DNA of 64,000 bases from Bacteroidota bacterium (GTDB lineage Bacteria; Bacteroidota; Bacteroidia; JADZBD01). Position numbers and translations under genes: made by a program. The stretch is from positions 46,943 through 110,942 of the forward strand of contig JBFLYZ010000003.1 of the NCBI GenBank assembly GCA_040756415.1, written 5' to 3'. The notes beneath the pieces were generated by a model, which was not told the origin of the DNA, ran no database searches, and saw only the letters and a program-made list of their open reading frames with translations. Position 1 is the first letter of the stretch. Each line of letters opens with the position of its first letter. This document shows, piece after piece, positions 40,219-49,952 of this stretch.

Positions 40219-41234
40219 TTCTGCAATTCGTTCCTGTATCCGGGAAGCAGCTCAAGAAATTTTTTGACCGCCTCATCCAGGGTAAGCTTCAGGTCTCCCC
40301 CGGCCGCGTTGCGGTGACCTCCACCGTTGAAATGCGCCCGGGCCATTTTGTTCACGTCAAAATCGCCCTTCGAGCGCAGCGATACCTTGATCACTCCGTC
40401 ACGTTCCATAAAAAAGGCGGAGAGCCGCATGCCTTTGATCGATAGAGGATAATTGACCAGCCCCTCCGTATCGCCTTTACGGAATTTATAGCGTTTAAGT
40501 TCCGATCCGGACAATGAGATGCAGGCCGCATTGTATTCCCTCAGCACCTGCATCTTTTCGAGCAGGGTGAACCCGAGCAGCTTGAGGCGCTCTTCGGTAT
40601 TGGTGTCGTACACCTGCTCGTGCGCAAGGTAATGCGGCATGCCCAGGTCGATGAGCTCGGCCGCAATGCGGTGCGTTTTTGCCTGCACGGAAGGGAAGCG
40701 GAACGATGCGGTATCGGTCATGATACCCGTGTAAAGACAGATGGCGGAATCCTTATCGAGCAGGTGTTTTTCCCCCAGCTCGCTGATCAGCTCAAAAATG
40801 AGCTGGGCGGTAGAGCAGGAATTGGTATCGTGGTAAGCGAAATCGGCAAAGGGCTCGGGCTGGGGATGGTGATCGACCAGCACCTTCCAGGCTTTGGAGG
40901 CCAGTATGGCGCTTCCCAGGCCCTCGAGGCGGCTGAGATTGTTGAAGTCGAGGCAGAAAATAATGCCGGCCTTAAGGATCTTTTCACTGGCGGCAATCGT
41001 ATCGGTATCGTATTTCAATACCTTGCCGTTGCCCGGCAGCCAGGCCAGGAAATCGGGGTAATCGTTCGGGGTAATGACGGTAGCCGCATTGCCTCTTTTG
41101 GCCAGGAAGTTCCACAGGGCCAGGGAGGAGCCCATGGCGTCCCCATCGGGGTTGCGGTGGGTTACGATCACGATCTCTTTGGAGGATGAAAGCTGGCCCC
41201 GCAGGCGGCTGATGTCCTCTTTCATAGGATACAA
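40215..41234 (-). CDS. nrnA: DHH-family oligoribonuclease / pAp phosphatase NrnA
   Basis: DHH motif RNPDGDAMGSSLAL; DHHP; C-terminal DHHA1 domain (GGGHRNAAGG). Confidence 0.88.
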   Translation of the reverse strand: MYPMKEDISRLRGQLSSSKEIVIVTHRNPDGDAMGSSLALWNFLAKRGNAATVITPNDYPDFLAWLPGNGKVLKYDTDTIAASEKILKAGIIFCLDFNNLSRLEGLGSAILASKAWKVLVDHHPQPEPFADFAYHDTNSCSTAQLIFELISELGEKHLLDKDSAICLYTGIMTDTASFRFPSVQAKTHRIAAELIDLGMPHYLAHEQVYDTNTEERLKLLGFTLLEKMQVLREYNAACISLSGSELKRYKFRKGDTEGLVNYPLSIKGMRLSAFFMERDGVIKVSLRSKGDFDVNKMARAHFNGGGHRNAAGGDLKLTLDEAVKKFLELLPGYRNELQK

Positions 41235-41321
41235 AGTTAATTATAAAAGCCCTGCCCGCTTATTCGATGATATTTTATATTTTCGCACCCGCTCAGTTGA
41301 GCGCAGTCAATACGAAACATT

Positions 41322-41741
41322 ATGACAGGAAACAGAACATTTACCATGATCAAGCCCGATGCGGTTGAGGCCAATCACACCGGCCCCATACTGGCGAAGA
41401 TCAGCGAAGCCGGCTTTCGCATCATCGCGATGAAATACACCCGGTTGACCAGGGAAAGGGCCGGGCAGTTCTATCTCATTCATAAAGACAGGCCCTTTTA
41501 CGGGGAGCTGTGCGATTACATGTCGTCAGGGCCTATCGTGGCGGCCATACTGGAGAAGGATAACGCGGTAGCCGATTTCAGGAAACTGATTGGCGCTACC
41601 GACCCCGCTAAGGCAGAACCCGGCACCATACGCAATCTCTTCGCCAAATCCATAGCGGCCAATGCCATTCACGGATCGGACAGCGATGAGAACGCCAGGA
41701 TAGAGGGCGATTTCTTTTTTTCCATGCTGGAGCGTTTCTGA
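41322..41741 (+). CDS. ndk: Nucleoside diphosphate kinase
   Basis: Motif [10 protein letters not shown] and active-site His in NAIHGSDS; 139 aa. Confidence 0.95.
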   Translation: MTGNRTFTMIKPDAVEANHTGPILAKISEAGFRIIAMKYTRLTRERAGQFYLIHKDRPFYGELCDYMSSGPIVAAILEKDNAVADFRKLIGATDPAKAEPGTIRNLFAKSIAANAIHGSDSDENARIEGDFFFSMLERF

Positions 41742-41795
41742 ACTTGAGCACGAACCGACCATAGTATCCCTGCCTGCCCAGGCGGGGATTTTTAT

Positions 41796-42389
41796 TTGAT
41801 GAAGCACCGGTATTACATCATTTACAAGCCTTACGGCATGCTCTCGCAGTTCACGCCCGAGCATGGCAAAGCCACGCTGGCCGGCCTGCATAAGTTCCCG
41901 AAAGATGTTTACCCCGTAGGCCGGCTGGATGCCGACAGCGAGGGATTGCTTTTGCTGACCAATGATAAAAGGCTGAACCACCTGCTGCTGGATCCGGCAC
42001 ATGGACATCAGCGCAGCTATCTTGCCCAGTTGGATGGGCAGGTAACGGAAGAGGCATTGGAAAGCTTACGAAAGGGAGTCTGTATCCAGGTGAACGATAA
42101 AGATCATCTTACCCTGCCCGCTTTTGCGGAGCTCATTCCCGCACCGGATGTGCCGGAGCGCAACCCGCCCGTACGTTACCGTAAAAACATTCCCACCTCA
42201 TGGATAAAACTAAGGCTTACCGAGGGAAAGAACAGGCAGGTAAGGAAGATGACGGCTGCAGTGGGGTTTCCCACGCTGAGGCTGATACGCGTGAGCATTG
42301 GCGGTATAGAGCTTGGCGGCCTGCAGCCTGGAACGTACAAAGAGCTGTCGGGTAATTCGGTTTATTTAAAATTGGGAATAGCTTCTTAA
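41796..42389 (+). CDS. rRNA pseudouridine synthase (RluE/RsuA family)
   Basis: Catalytic Asp motif PVGRLDADSEGLLLLTND. Confidence 0.85.
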   Translation: MMKHRYYIIYKPYGMLSQFTPEHGKATLAGLHKFPKDVYPVGRLDADSEGLLLLTNDKRLNHLLLDPAHGHQRSYLAQLDGQVTEEALESLRKGVCIQVNDKDHLTLPAFAELIPAPDVPERNPPVRYRKNIPTSWIKLRLTEGKNRQVRKMTAAVGFPTLRLIRVSIGGIELGGLQPGTYKELSGNSVYLKLGIAS

Positions 42390-42399
42390 GGCCGCGAGC

Positions 42400-42768
42400 T
42401 TACGGCTGCTTCTTCTCCTCATCCGTATACTCCATCTTAAATTTCCAGTGTCCGCATTTGCTGGCGAACTCCTGTTTGAGCTTTTCGCGCTCTTCGGGCG
42501 AGAGGTGGGCGAACTTTTCTTCGAAGCGCTGCTTCCAGTAACCCTGCCTCCCCCAACGGCCGCTTCCTTTAAAGCGCATGCCACCGAACAGCAGTTTACA
42601 CAACACCAGCAGCCCGGCAGCCTGCCAGAAGCCGATCACGGGGCCATTGAACAGATCGGGCACCAGCCAGTTCCAGAGCAGCATAACCACCCAGCCGAAC
42701 ACAGCGGCAGCGAGGAGCACCAGGAATCCGGCTCCTATGCATTTGATGACAAAATACTTGGGTTTCAT
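42400..42768 (-). CDS. Hypothetical 2-TM membrane protein downstream of an ECF sigma factor (candidate anti-sigma factor)
   Basis: 122 aa with two N-terminal TM helices and a charged C-terminus. It lies 11 bp downstream of the sigma factor gene. Confidence 0.5.
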   Translation of the reverse strand: MKPKYFVIKCIGAGFLVLLAAAVFGWVVMLLWNWLVPDLFNGPVIGFWQAAGLLVLCKLLFGGMRFKGSGRWGRQGYWKQRFEEKFAHLSPEEREKLKQEFASKCGHWKFKMEYTDEEKKQP

Positions 42769-42779
42769 AGGTGCGGTTT

Positions 42780-43343
42780 TTAAGAGTTGACCAATTCGTT
42801 ATAGAGGGTTTGCAAGCGCCTGCGCAGGTGCAGCACCGCATAGCGCTTGCGTGAAAGTAAGGTATTTACCTGTTCACCGGTAATTTCAGCTATCTCCTTG
42901 AAGTTCCTCCCTTCCAGCTCGTGCAGCTCGAACACCTCGCGCTGCCTGGGCGGGAGCTCGTCAAGCGCCAGGGCCAGCTCGTTCATGATCTCGTTGCGCA
43001 GCAACAGCATTTCGGGCGAATCGGTGGCATCGGGAAGTATATCGGCAATATTGAGCATCTCTCCTTCCTCATCGCCCGGGTTGCGGGTCACCATGCCCTC
43101 CAGCGATTCGGGCTTATGCTTGCGGTAGCGGTCGGTTATCTTGTTGCGGGCAACGGTAAACAACCAGGAGGTAAGCTGCTCCACGGGCTTCATCAGCCGG
43201 TAGGTCTCGATAAGCTGGTAGAATACGTCCTGCAGGATATCCTGGGCGTCAGCCTCATCGGGCACCCGCCTGCGGATGAAGTCCAGCAGGCGCCTGCTTT
43301 CTTTTTGAATGGTATGCGTGATACGCTGATCTTGTGTGCTCAT
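42780..43343 (-). CDS. RNA polymerase sigma-70 family ECF sigma factor
   Basis: Sigma-70 region 2 (DILQDVFYQL...FTVARNKITDRYRK) and region 4 (RQREVFELHELEGRNFKEIAEITG). The start was set at the internal Met (MSTQDQ...). Confidence 0.85.
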   Translation of the reverse strand: MSTQDQRITHTIQKESRRLLDFIRRRVPDEADAQDILQDVFYQLIETYRLMKPVEQLTSWLFTVARNKITDRYRKHKPESLEGMVTRNPGDEEGEMLNIADILPDATDSPEMLLLRNEIMNELALALDELPPRQREVFELHELEGRNFKEIAEITGEQVNTLLSRKRYAVLHLRRRLQTLYNELVNS

Positions 43344-43490
43344 GTAAGCAGGCACTTTAAGTATAGTTCCGTCCATATTATGTTCTGACGAATGAGAACG
43401 GAAAATATTTTAAATTTTTAATAAATCATTTCACAAAGGGATGGAAATTAGCTGTTTTAGGCTTAAATTTGTGTACAAAAATAGTGCAAC

Positions 43491-44234
43491 ATGTTGTTCA
43501 GGGGAGTTAATCTGAAAGAGGAGCTGGAACGCGAACGCGAAGGCCCGGCAGCACAGCCCGGGCTTTTGCTGGCCGAGGCCCGGGAAATACTGGATAAGAG
43601 CCTGCAAAACGATCATGAGATCATGGAGCGGCTGAAGAAAGGCAGGGGCAGGGATACCGTGATTGAACCCGTTATGCTGCCCGAACAGGAACAGGGCAAT
43701 ATCTTCCATGTTTCCCATATCCGGAATATCTGTGTCAGATACCGACTGCGTTTTCTCGATACGAAGTTCTTTAAGGGTGATTATCCTTATGAGGCCCTTC
43801 GGAAAATAGCCGGTCTGGAGCGGAAATACAACATAAAAATACAGCAGTTCAAGGTGGTGGCCCCTACCCGCCTGTTCAACCTGATCGACCCTGACAAGGA
43901 CCCCCTGCTTTTCGCCAACCTGGGTAACGACCGGTACTACCTTCTGCACAAATGGGGCAATGACATGCCCTGGTACAGGAAGATCCTCGCCTGGCCCTTA
44001 CGCAACATCAATACGCTTTTTATTACGCTGATCTCATTTGCCCTGCTGGTCTCCCTCTCTGTTCCCAAAGAGCTGCTGGTGCTCAGCAGCGAGTTCTATG
44101 ATCAGATCTATGTATTCAGGATACTCTTCCTGCTCCAACTGGTGATCGGGGGCTTTTTCGTGCTGGTCTATATAGGGCTGGTGCGCAACAAATGGCTCAG
44201 CGAAAGCGAGTGGAACAATAAGTACCTGCGTTAA
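43491..44234 (+). CDS. Hypothetical membrane protein
   Basis: 247 aa: a soluble N-terminal domain followed by two C-terminal TM helices. No family recognised. Confidence 0.5.
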   Translation: MLFRGVNLKEELEREREGPAAQPGLLLAEAREILDKSLQNDHEIMERLKKGRGRDTVIEPVMLPEQEQGNIFHVSHIRNICVRYRLRFLDTKFFKGDYPYEALRKIAGLERKYNIKIQQFKVVAPTRLFNLIDPDKDPLLFANLGNDRYYLLHKWGNDMPWYRKILAWPLRNINTLFITLISFALLVSLSVPKELLVLSSEFYDQIYVFRILFLLQLVIGGFFVLVYIGLVRNKWLSESEWNNKYLR

Positions 44235-44237
44235 CAA

Positions 44238-44270
44238 GAAACCCCGGTTTTGCCGGGGTTTTCTGTTTCT
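44238..44270. terminator. Bidirectional terminator
   Basis: AAACCCCGGttttgCCGGGGTTTT. Confidence 0.7.
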
Positions 44271-44281
44271 TTCAGCCTTTT

Positions 44282-45298
44282 TTATTTGAGCGTGATCTTG
44301 ACCGTATAGGTGCCTGTATTGGCCGAGTTATAGATCGTTTCGTAGATGGAGATGTACAGCATGCCGCTTGAGGTAACCGTGCCATTGTACTTGGCTCCCG
44401 CCTTCATCGTGGTGCCGTACTCGCCAATGCGATATACCACCTGCCCGTACTGGGGATAGGTGCTTTCGTACTCCGACCCGTCATAATCCGAGACATCGCT
44501 CTCTTCATCGGTCGTGCTGCTGCCCACTACCTTTCCATCGGGATTGTATTTGTTGTTGGAAAGGCTGGCCAGCACGATCTGCCCGCTAGAGTTCATCATG
44601 AGCTTCTGGCCTGATTTCACCTGTATGCCCGTTTTGAGCCAGCCCCCGTTGCTGTTCGAGCTGATGTTCTTGGAGGCATAGAGCGTGAATACCATATCGC
44701 CACCATCGCCAGGGGTATAGATCACATCGATGTGCTTGATCTCTTCCTTAGGTATGTTCTGGGTGCCGTACTTGCCCTTGAGCTCTATGCTCTTGAAGTC
44801 GACCACACCGCCCATGCTATAGGTATAATCGATGTTGACCACATCCTTGGTGGTGAAATCGTCATCCACGTTGTGGGTGGCCTTCAGGTCGGTTAGCGCT
44901 CCTTCGGGGGTATAATCGGTAAAGTTGCCGGGAACATACTTCTGTGAATAAATGAAATCGGAAATGGCGGGAATGGCCTTAATGCTCATACCGGTCAGCT
45001 CCTTATACGCATCGCGCCTCATATCCTCGCTGGTATTGCTCAACTGCTTTACCAGGGCGATCACCTTGTCCTCGGTGGCCTTATCGTAGGTCAGGCCGAT
45101 ATCGATGGAGGTCACGTTCTTGATGGGAATATCCAGCTTGCCGTAATCCGTGGTCAGGGTTACCTTGGCGATCTTGACGGTGCCGGAATAAGAATCCCCG
45201 TTCCGGAGGGTGAGTTTGAGCTCGGGGTCCTTTTTGTCCTGGGCGGATATTCCCAGCGCGAGGCAAAAGGCCAGTGCGGATAAAAGCAGTTTTTTCAT
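44282..45298 (-). CDS. Hypothetical secreted protein
   Basis: 338 aa with a signal peptide and a Ser/Thr/Gly-rich, beta-rich composition. Confidence 0.55.
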   Translation of the reverse strand: MKKLLLSALAFCLALGISAQDKKDPELKLTLRNGDSYSGTVKIAKVTLTTDYGKLDIPIKNVTSIDIGLTYDKATEDKVIALVKQLSNTSEDMRRDAYKELTGMSIKAIPAISDFIYSQKYVPGNFTDYTPEGALTDLKATHNVDDDFTTKDVVNIDYTYSMGGVVDFKSIELKGKYGTQNIPKEEIKHIDVIYTPGDGGDMVFTLYASKNISSNSNGGWLKTGIQVKSGQKLMMNSSGQIVLASLSNNKYNPDGKVVGSSTTDEESDVSDYDGSEYESTYPQYGQVVYRIGEYGTTMKAGAKYNGTVTSSGMLYISIYETIYNSANTGTYTVKITLK

Positions 45299-45333
45299 AA
45301 TTGATCTTTGATTTTTATTTAGGTTGAACTTAC

Positions 45334-48300
45334 TTACTGCGCGGAGGCTGTGGCCGTGGCGAACTCGGCCTCGGTGATGATGTCATCGTTCTTGTAATAG
45401 AAGGCCTGGCCCCAGTTGTACACGATCTTTTTGTAAATATCGCCCGAGGTATCGGTGACCACGGCAAAGGTATAAATGGTCTTGCTGCCGGCAATATTGT
45501 TGCCCAGGTCGGTAACGCCCGGGCCGTACTTCTGCTTAAGCTCTTCGAAACGCTTTTTGGCTTCGGTCTCCTTGTCGACCTGCACAACGGTTTTCACCGT
45601 ATCCTTGATGGGCTTCTTGTCGTTCAGGAAAGCATCGATCTGCGCGATACGGTCCTTGGGGTGCTGCTCACCCGGCTGAAGGGCCAGCGCCTCTTTGAAC
45701 TTGATCCTGGCCTTGACATAATCCTTCTTGCCCATGAGCTCTTCTCCCTGCTTGACCAGCTCGTAATACTTCTTCAATTGGGCATCCTTCTGCGCGGTAA
45801 GCTGCGCCTCTTTCATCAGCAGCTCGATCTCAGCGATCTTATCCTTCGGGTATTTTTCACCGGCACGGACCGTAAGCGCCTCCTGGTACAGCAGCTTGGC
45901 CTCATCGTACTTCTTTTCCTTGAAGGCCTGGTCGGCCGCCAGGACTATCTTGCTGTACTTTTCCAGGGTGACATCGGCCGTGATGAACTTATCGCATTTT
46001 TCGATCTGCGTCTTGGGATAGAGCTGGGAAGGGAAGTAGCCCAGGGCCTCCTGGTACTTGGATTTGGCATTGATATAATCCTTCGCGGCAAAAAACTTGT
46101 CGCCCGCGTTGACGGCTGCCACGTACTTATCGTTCAGCTCCTTTTCCTTGGCGATCTTGTCTAGTTCGGCCTGCTTATCGGCCAGTATCTTGTCTATCTT
46201 GGCGATCTGGTCCTTGGGATATTGCTCTTCGGGCTTATATCCCAGGGCCTCGTTATAGGTGTTCCTGGCGTTCTGGTAATCATTGGCGGCAAACTGCTTG
46301 TCCGCCCGGGCGATGGCCTCTTTATACTTTTGCGCGTTCAGCTTCTCATTGGCCGCATCGTTCATGTATTTGTCGCAAAGCGCGATCTGGTCCTTGGGGT
46401 ACTGCTCATCCGCCTTGATCTTCAACGCTCCTTCATAACCTGTTTTCGCCCCTTTATAATCTTTTGCCGTGAACAGCTTGTCCGCCTTGGCGATGGCATC
46501 ATTATATTTCTGCATCAGGCTGCTGTTCTTGATCTTCTCCGCCATCAGCTTATCGCATTCCGCGATCTTATCTTTCGGGTACTTCTCAGCGGGCTTATAG
46601 GTCAGGGCCTCCTGGTAGAACTTCTTGGCGGTCTCATACTCGGTAGAATTGAAGTTCTGGTCACCGCTGGCAATAGCCTGCTTGTACTTTTGCTCCCGCT
46701 CGGCATCCTTCAGCTTATTGGCCTCTATGTCGGCCAGGTACTTATTGCACAGCGCGATCTGGTCGGTGGGATACTTCTCCCCCGCCTTAATGCCCAAAGC
46801 GTCCTGGTAGGCCGATTTGGCATTCGTATAATCCTTGGCGCTGAAAAGCTTGTCCGCTTTGGCGATAGCGTCCTTATATTGCTGCTCCTTCAGCTTGCTG
46901 GCCTCCAGGTCGCCCAGGAACTTATCGCACAACGCGATCTGGTCGGTGGGATACTTCTCGCCCGCCTTAATGCCCAGCGCGGCCTGGTAGCCGGCCTTCG
47001 CATTGGCGTAATCCTTGGCGGCAAAGAATTTGTCGGCCTTGGCTATAGCATCCTTGTACTGCTGCTCTTTGAGCTTCTCCGCTTCGATATCGCCCAGGTA
47101 TTTGTCGCATAAGGCGATCTGGTCAGCGGGATATTTTTCTCCGGCTTTAATGGTCAGTGCCGACTGGTAGCTAAGCTTGGCATTTTTGTAATCCTTTGAC
47201 TCGAAGAACTTATCCGCCTTGGCGATGGCGTCTTTGTACTGTTGCTCCTTCAGCTTGTCGCTCTCAATACCCTTCAGTATCCCGTCTATCTTGGCGATCT
47301 GGTCTTTGGGGTATTTCTCGGCCGGCTTGATCTTCAGGGCCTCGCTGTAGGTGTTTTTCGCGTCCTGGTAATTTTTGCCACCGAACTCCGAATCCGCCTT
47401 GGATATAAGCTCCTTGTACTGCTCCTCTTTCTTCTTATTGGCCTCCATATCGCCAATGTACTTATCGCACAGCGCGATCTGGTCGGTGGGATATTTCTCC
47501 CCCGCCTTAATGCCCAGGGCGTCCTGGTAAGCCGATCTGGCATTGACGTAATCCTTCGCGGTAAAAAGCTTATCCGCCTTGGCTATGGCATCCTTGTATT
47601 GCTGCTCCTTCAGCTTATTGGCCTCTATATCGCCCTGGTATTTATTGCACAGCTCGATCTGGTCGGTGGGATACTTCTCGCCTTTTTTAATGGTGAGGGC
47701 CGTTTCATAGTTCATTTTCGCGTTGGCATAATCCTTTGCGGCAAAGAACTTGTCGGCCTTGGCGATGGCATCCTTGTACTGCTGCTCTTTGAGCTTCTCC
47801 GCTTCCTGCTCGCCCAGCAGCTTATCACAGAGCGCGATCTGGTCAGCGGGATATTTTTCTCCGGCTTTAATGGTCAATGCCGACTGGTAGTTAAGCTTCG
47901 CGTTCTTGTAATCCTTCGCCTCGAAGAATTTATCCGCCTTGGCGATGGCGTCTTTGTATTGCTGCTCCTTCAGCTTGTCGTTCTCTATCCCTTTCAGTAT
48001 CGCATCTATCTTGGCGATCTGGTCTTTGGGGTACTTCTCGGCCGATTTTATTTTCAGGGCCTCGTTGTAGGTGTTTTTCGCGTCCGCATAGCTCTTCGCG
48101 TTGAATTCCCCGTCAGCTTTCGCGATCAGGTCTTTGTACTGCTGCTCTTTCTGCTTATTGGCCTCCATATCGCCAATGTACTTATCGCAAAGCGCGATCT
48201 GGTCGGTGGGATATTTCTCCCCCGCCTTAATGCCCAGGGCGTCCTGGTAAGCCGATTTGGCATTGGCGTAATCCTTGGCGGCAAAGAATTTATCGGCCTT

Positions 48301-49824
48301 GGCTAGGGCATCCTTGTACTGCTGTTCCCTGAGCTTTTCGGCCTCCAGGTCAGAAAGGAACTTGTCGCATTTGGCGATCTGGTCTTTGGGGTATTGCTCT
48401 TCCGGTTTGATCTTCAGCGCGGCCTCGTAACCGGCCTTTGCGTTCTTGTAATCTTTAACATTGAACAGCTTGTCTGCAGCCGCAATAGCGTCTTTGTATT
48501 TCTGGTCGATGACCTTCTGCCCCTCGATATCCTTCAGGTTCTTATCGCAAAGCGCGATCTGGTCTTTGGGATATTGCTCAGCGGGCTTATAGACAAGCGC
48601 GTTCTGGTATTCGGTCTTTGCGTTGGTGTAATCCTTTGCGCTGAAGAGCTTATCGGCCTTGGCGATAGCATCCTTGTATTTCTGCTCCTCGGCCGCCTTC
48701 ATGGCGTCATCTATCTTCTTAAGCTGGTCCTTGGGGTACTGCTCGTTCGGTTTAAGCTTGAGCGCCTCTTCATAAGAGCCCTTGGCGAAGGTATATAGCT
48801 TGCCGTTGAAGGATTTGTCGCCATCCGCGATCAGCTTCTTGTATTTTTCCTCGATCTCTTTCTGATCGGCCATCAGCTTATCGATCTTGGCGATCTGGTC
48901 CTTGGGGTACTGTTCGCCCGGCTTCAGGTTATTGGCCTCGGTATAGGCGTTGCGGGCCTGCTGGTAGCTCTGTTCCTTGAACAGCTTATCGGCCTGGGCG
49001 ACAAGGTCCTTGTATTTCTGCTCGTTCTGCGCCAGAAGGTCTTTTTCGGCCTGCAGCTTGTCGCAAAGGGCGATCTGGTCCTTGGGATACTGCTGCTCGG
49101 GCTTGTAGGTAAGGGCCTCGCTGTAGTACTTTTTGGCGTTCACATAGTCTTTGGCCTGGAATAATTTGTCAGCGGTCTGTATGGCCAGGTCGTACTTGGC
49201 CTGCATCGCCTGAAGCTCCTGCTGCTGCTGGGCCTGCTGCTGGGCCTTGAGTTCCTCCTCCTTCTCCAATTGCTCCTGTATCTTCTGCAGCTCTTCCATC
49301 TCGTCCTGTATAGACTTGGTGTAGGTCTTTTCCCATCCGAAATCCTGCTGCTTGGGATCGTAATAGAACTTGCCTATCGGCTTGCTGAGGATGGATTCGA
49401 CCTTGGCCGAGACCTCGGGCTTGGTGGGCTTTTCAAACAAAACGATATCGATGGGCTGGGGAGAGAAGCCGTATTTGGCCCGGTCGGGAGGAACGTTCCT
49501 GGTATTGACCGTTATCTTTTTGCTTACATAGCCGGCCTTGGAATAAACCACTTCGTACTCCTTATCGGGCAGAAGCACCAGGTCGTACTTACCGTTCTTG
49601 CCCGTTATCTTCTGCTGTATCTGCTTGCCGGTCTCATAAAGGGTCACAACGGCACCTTCCAGCTTCTCCTCTTTTTTGCCCAGTTTGTACACCTTGCCCG
49701 TAATAGGGAAGGTCCAGTCCTGCGCAAAGGCTACAGAAACAGCAAATAATGATAGCGTTAAGGCTATAACTATCCTTAACGACCTAATGATAGGTGGATT
49801 TTTCCCGGCCGGAGTAAAAATCAT
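45334..49824 (-). CDS. Giant secreted tandem-repeat protein (CarbopepD_reg-like N-domain + ~20 x 60-aa TPR-like repeats)
   Basis: Signal peptide (IVIALTLSLFAVSVAFAQD) if the start is the internal Met at 49824. The N-terminal domain resembles a carboxypeptidase regulatory domain. The bulk of the protein is 60-aa units of the form EQQYKDAIAKADKFFAAKDYANAK.NYQ.AL.IKAGEKYP.DQIALCDK..GD.EA.KLK. Confidence 0.8.
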   Translation of the reverse strand: MIFTPAGKNPPIIRSLRIVIALTLSLFAVSVAFAQDWTFPITGKVYKLGKKEEKLEGAVVTLYETGKQIQQKITGKNGKYDLVLLPDKEYEVVYSKAGYVSKKITVNTRNVPPDRAKYGFSPQPIDIVLFEKPTKPEVSAKVESILSKPIGKFYYDPKQQDFGWEKTYTKSIQDEMEELQKIQEQLEKEEELKAQQQAQQQQELQAMQAKYDLAIQTADKLFQAKDYVNAKKYYSEALTYKPEQQYPKDQIALCDKLQAEKDLLAQNEQKYKDLVAQADKLFKEQSYQQARNAYTEANNLKPGEQYPKDQIAKIDKLMADQKEIEEKYKKLIADGDKSFNGKLYTFAKGSYEEALKLKPNEQYPKDQLKKIDDAMKAAEEQKYKDAIAKADKLFSAKDYTNAKTEYQNALVYKPAEQYPKDQIALCDKNLKDIEGQKVIDQKYKDAIAAADKLFNVKDYKNAKAGYEAALKIKPEEQYPKDQIAKCDKFLSDLEAEKLREQQYKDALAKADKFFAAKDYANAKSAYQDALGIKAGEKYPTDQIALCDKYIGDMEANKQKEQQYKDLIAKADGEFNAKSYADAKNTYNEALKIKSAEKYPKDQIAKIDAILKGIENDKLKEQQYKDAIAKADKFFEAKDYKNAKLNYQSALTIKAGEKYPADQIALCDKLLGEQEAEKLKEQQYKDAIAKADKFFAAKDYANAKMNYETALTIKKGEKYPTDQIELCNKYQGDIEANKLKEQQYKDAIAKADKLFTAKDYVNARSAYQDALGIKAGEKYPTDQIALCDKYIGDMEANKKKEEQYKELISKADSEFGGKNYQDAKNTYSEALKIKPAEKYPKDQIAKIDGILKGIESDKLKEQQYKDAIAKADKFFESKDYKNAKLSYQSALTIKAGEKYPADQIALCDKYLGDIEAEKLKEQQYKDAIAKADKFFAAKDYANAKAGYQAALGIKAGEKYPTDQIALCDKFLGDLEASKLKEQQYKDAIAKADKLFSAKDYTNAKSAYQDALGIKAGEKYPTDQIALCNKYLADIEANKLKDAEREQKYKQAIASGDQNFNSTEYETAKKFYQEALTYKPAEKYPKDKIAECDKLMAEKIKNSSLMQKYNDAIAKADKLFTAKDYKGAKTGYEGALKIKADEQYPKDQIALCDKYMNDAANEKLNAQKYKEAIARADKQFAANDYQNARNTYNEALGYKPEEQYPKDQIAKIDKILADKQAELDKIAKEKELNDKYVAAVNAGDKFFAAKDYINAKSKYQEALGYFPSQLYPKTQIEKCDKFITADVTLEKYSKIVLAADQAFKEKKYDEAKLLYQEALTVRAGEKYPKDKIAEIELLMKEAQLTAQKDAQLKKYYELVKQGEELMGKKDYVKARIKFKEALALQPGEQHPKDRIAQIDAFLNDKKPIKDTVKTVVQVDKETEAKKRFEELKQKYGPGVTDLGNNIAGSKTIYTFAVVTDTSGDIYKKIVYNWGQAFYYKNDDIITEAEFATATASAQ
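45720..49210 (-). repeat. Intragenic 180-bp tandem repeat array organised in ~720-bp higher-order units
   Basis: Near-identical DNA blocks recur with a 720/721-bp period, for example at 46741, 47462 and 48183, and at 47041 and 47761. Confidence 0.85.
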
Positions 49825-49952
49825 ATACCTGTTTGTCGTACAATTCCTTACGATGAACCTGCAATTCGTCCAACTTAGCAAATATCTTGAATTTTTGCCT
49901 AATGATAGTACTTTTATGCGCATTTTTATTCACAAGCTTCGTTCCAAAACTC

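Noticed and set aside
46222-48798. Several plus-strand ORFs (46222-47112, 47242-48306, 48394-48798) with periodic L/V/G-rich translations.
   Set aside because: They are the antisense frame of the 180-bp repeat array. Their periodicity only mirrors the repeats, and there is no start or stop structure consistent with genes.
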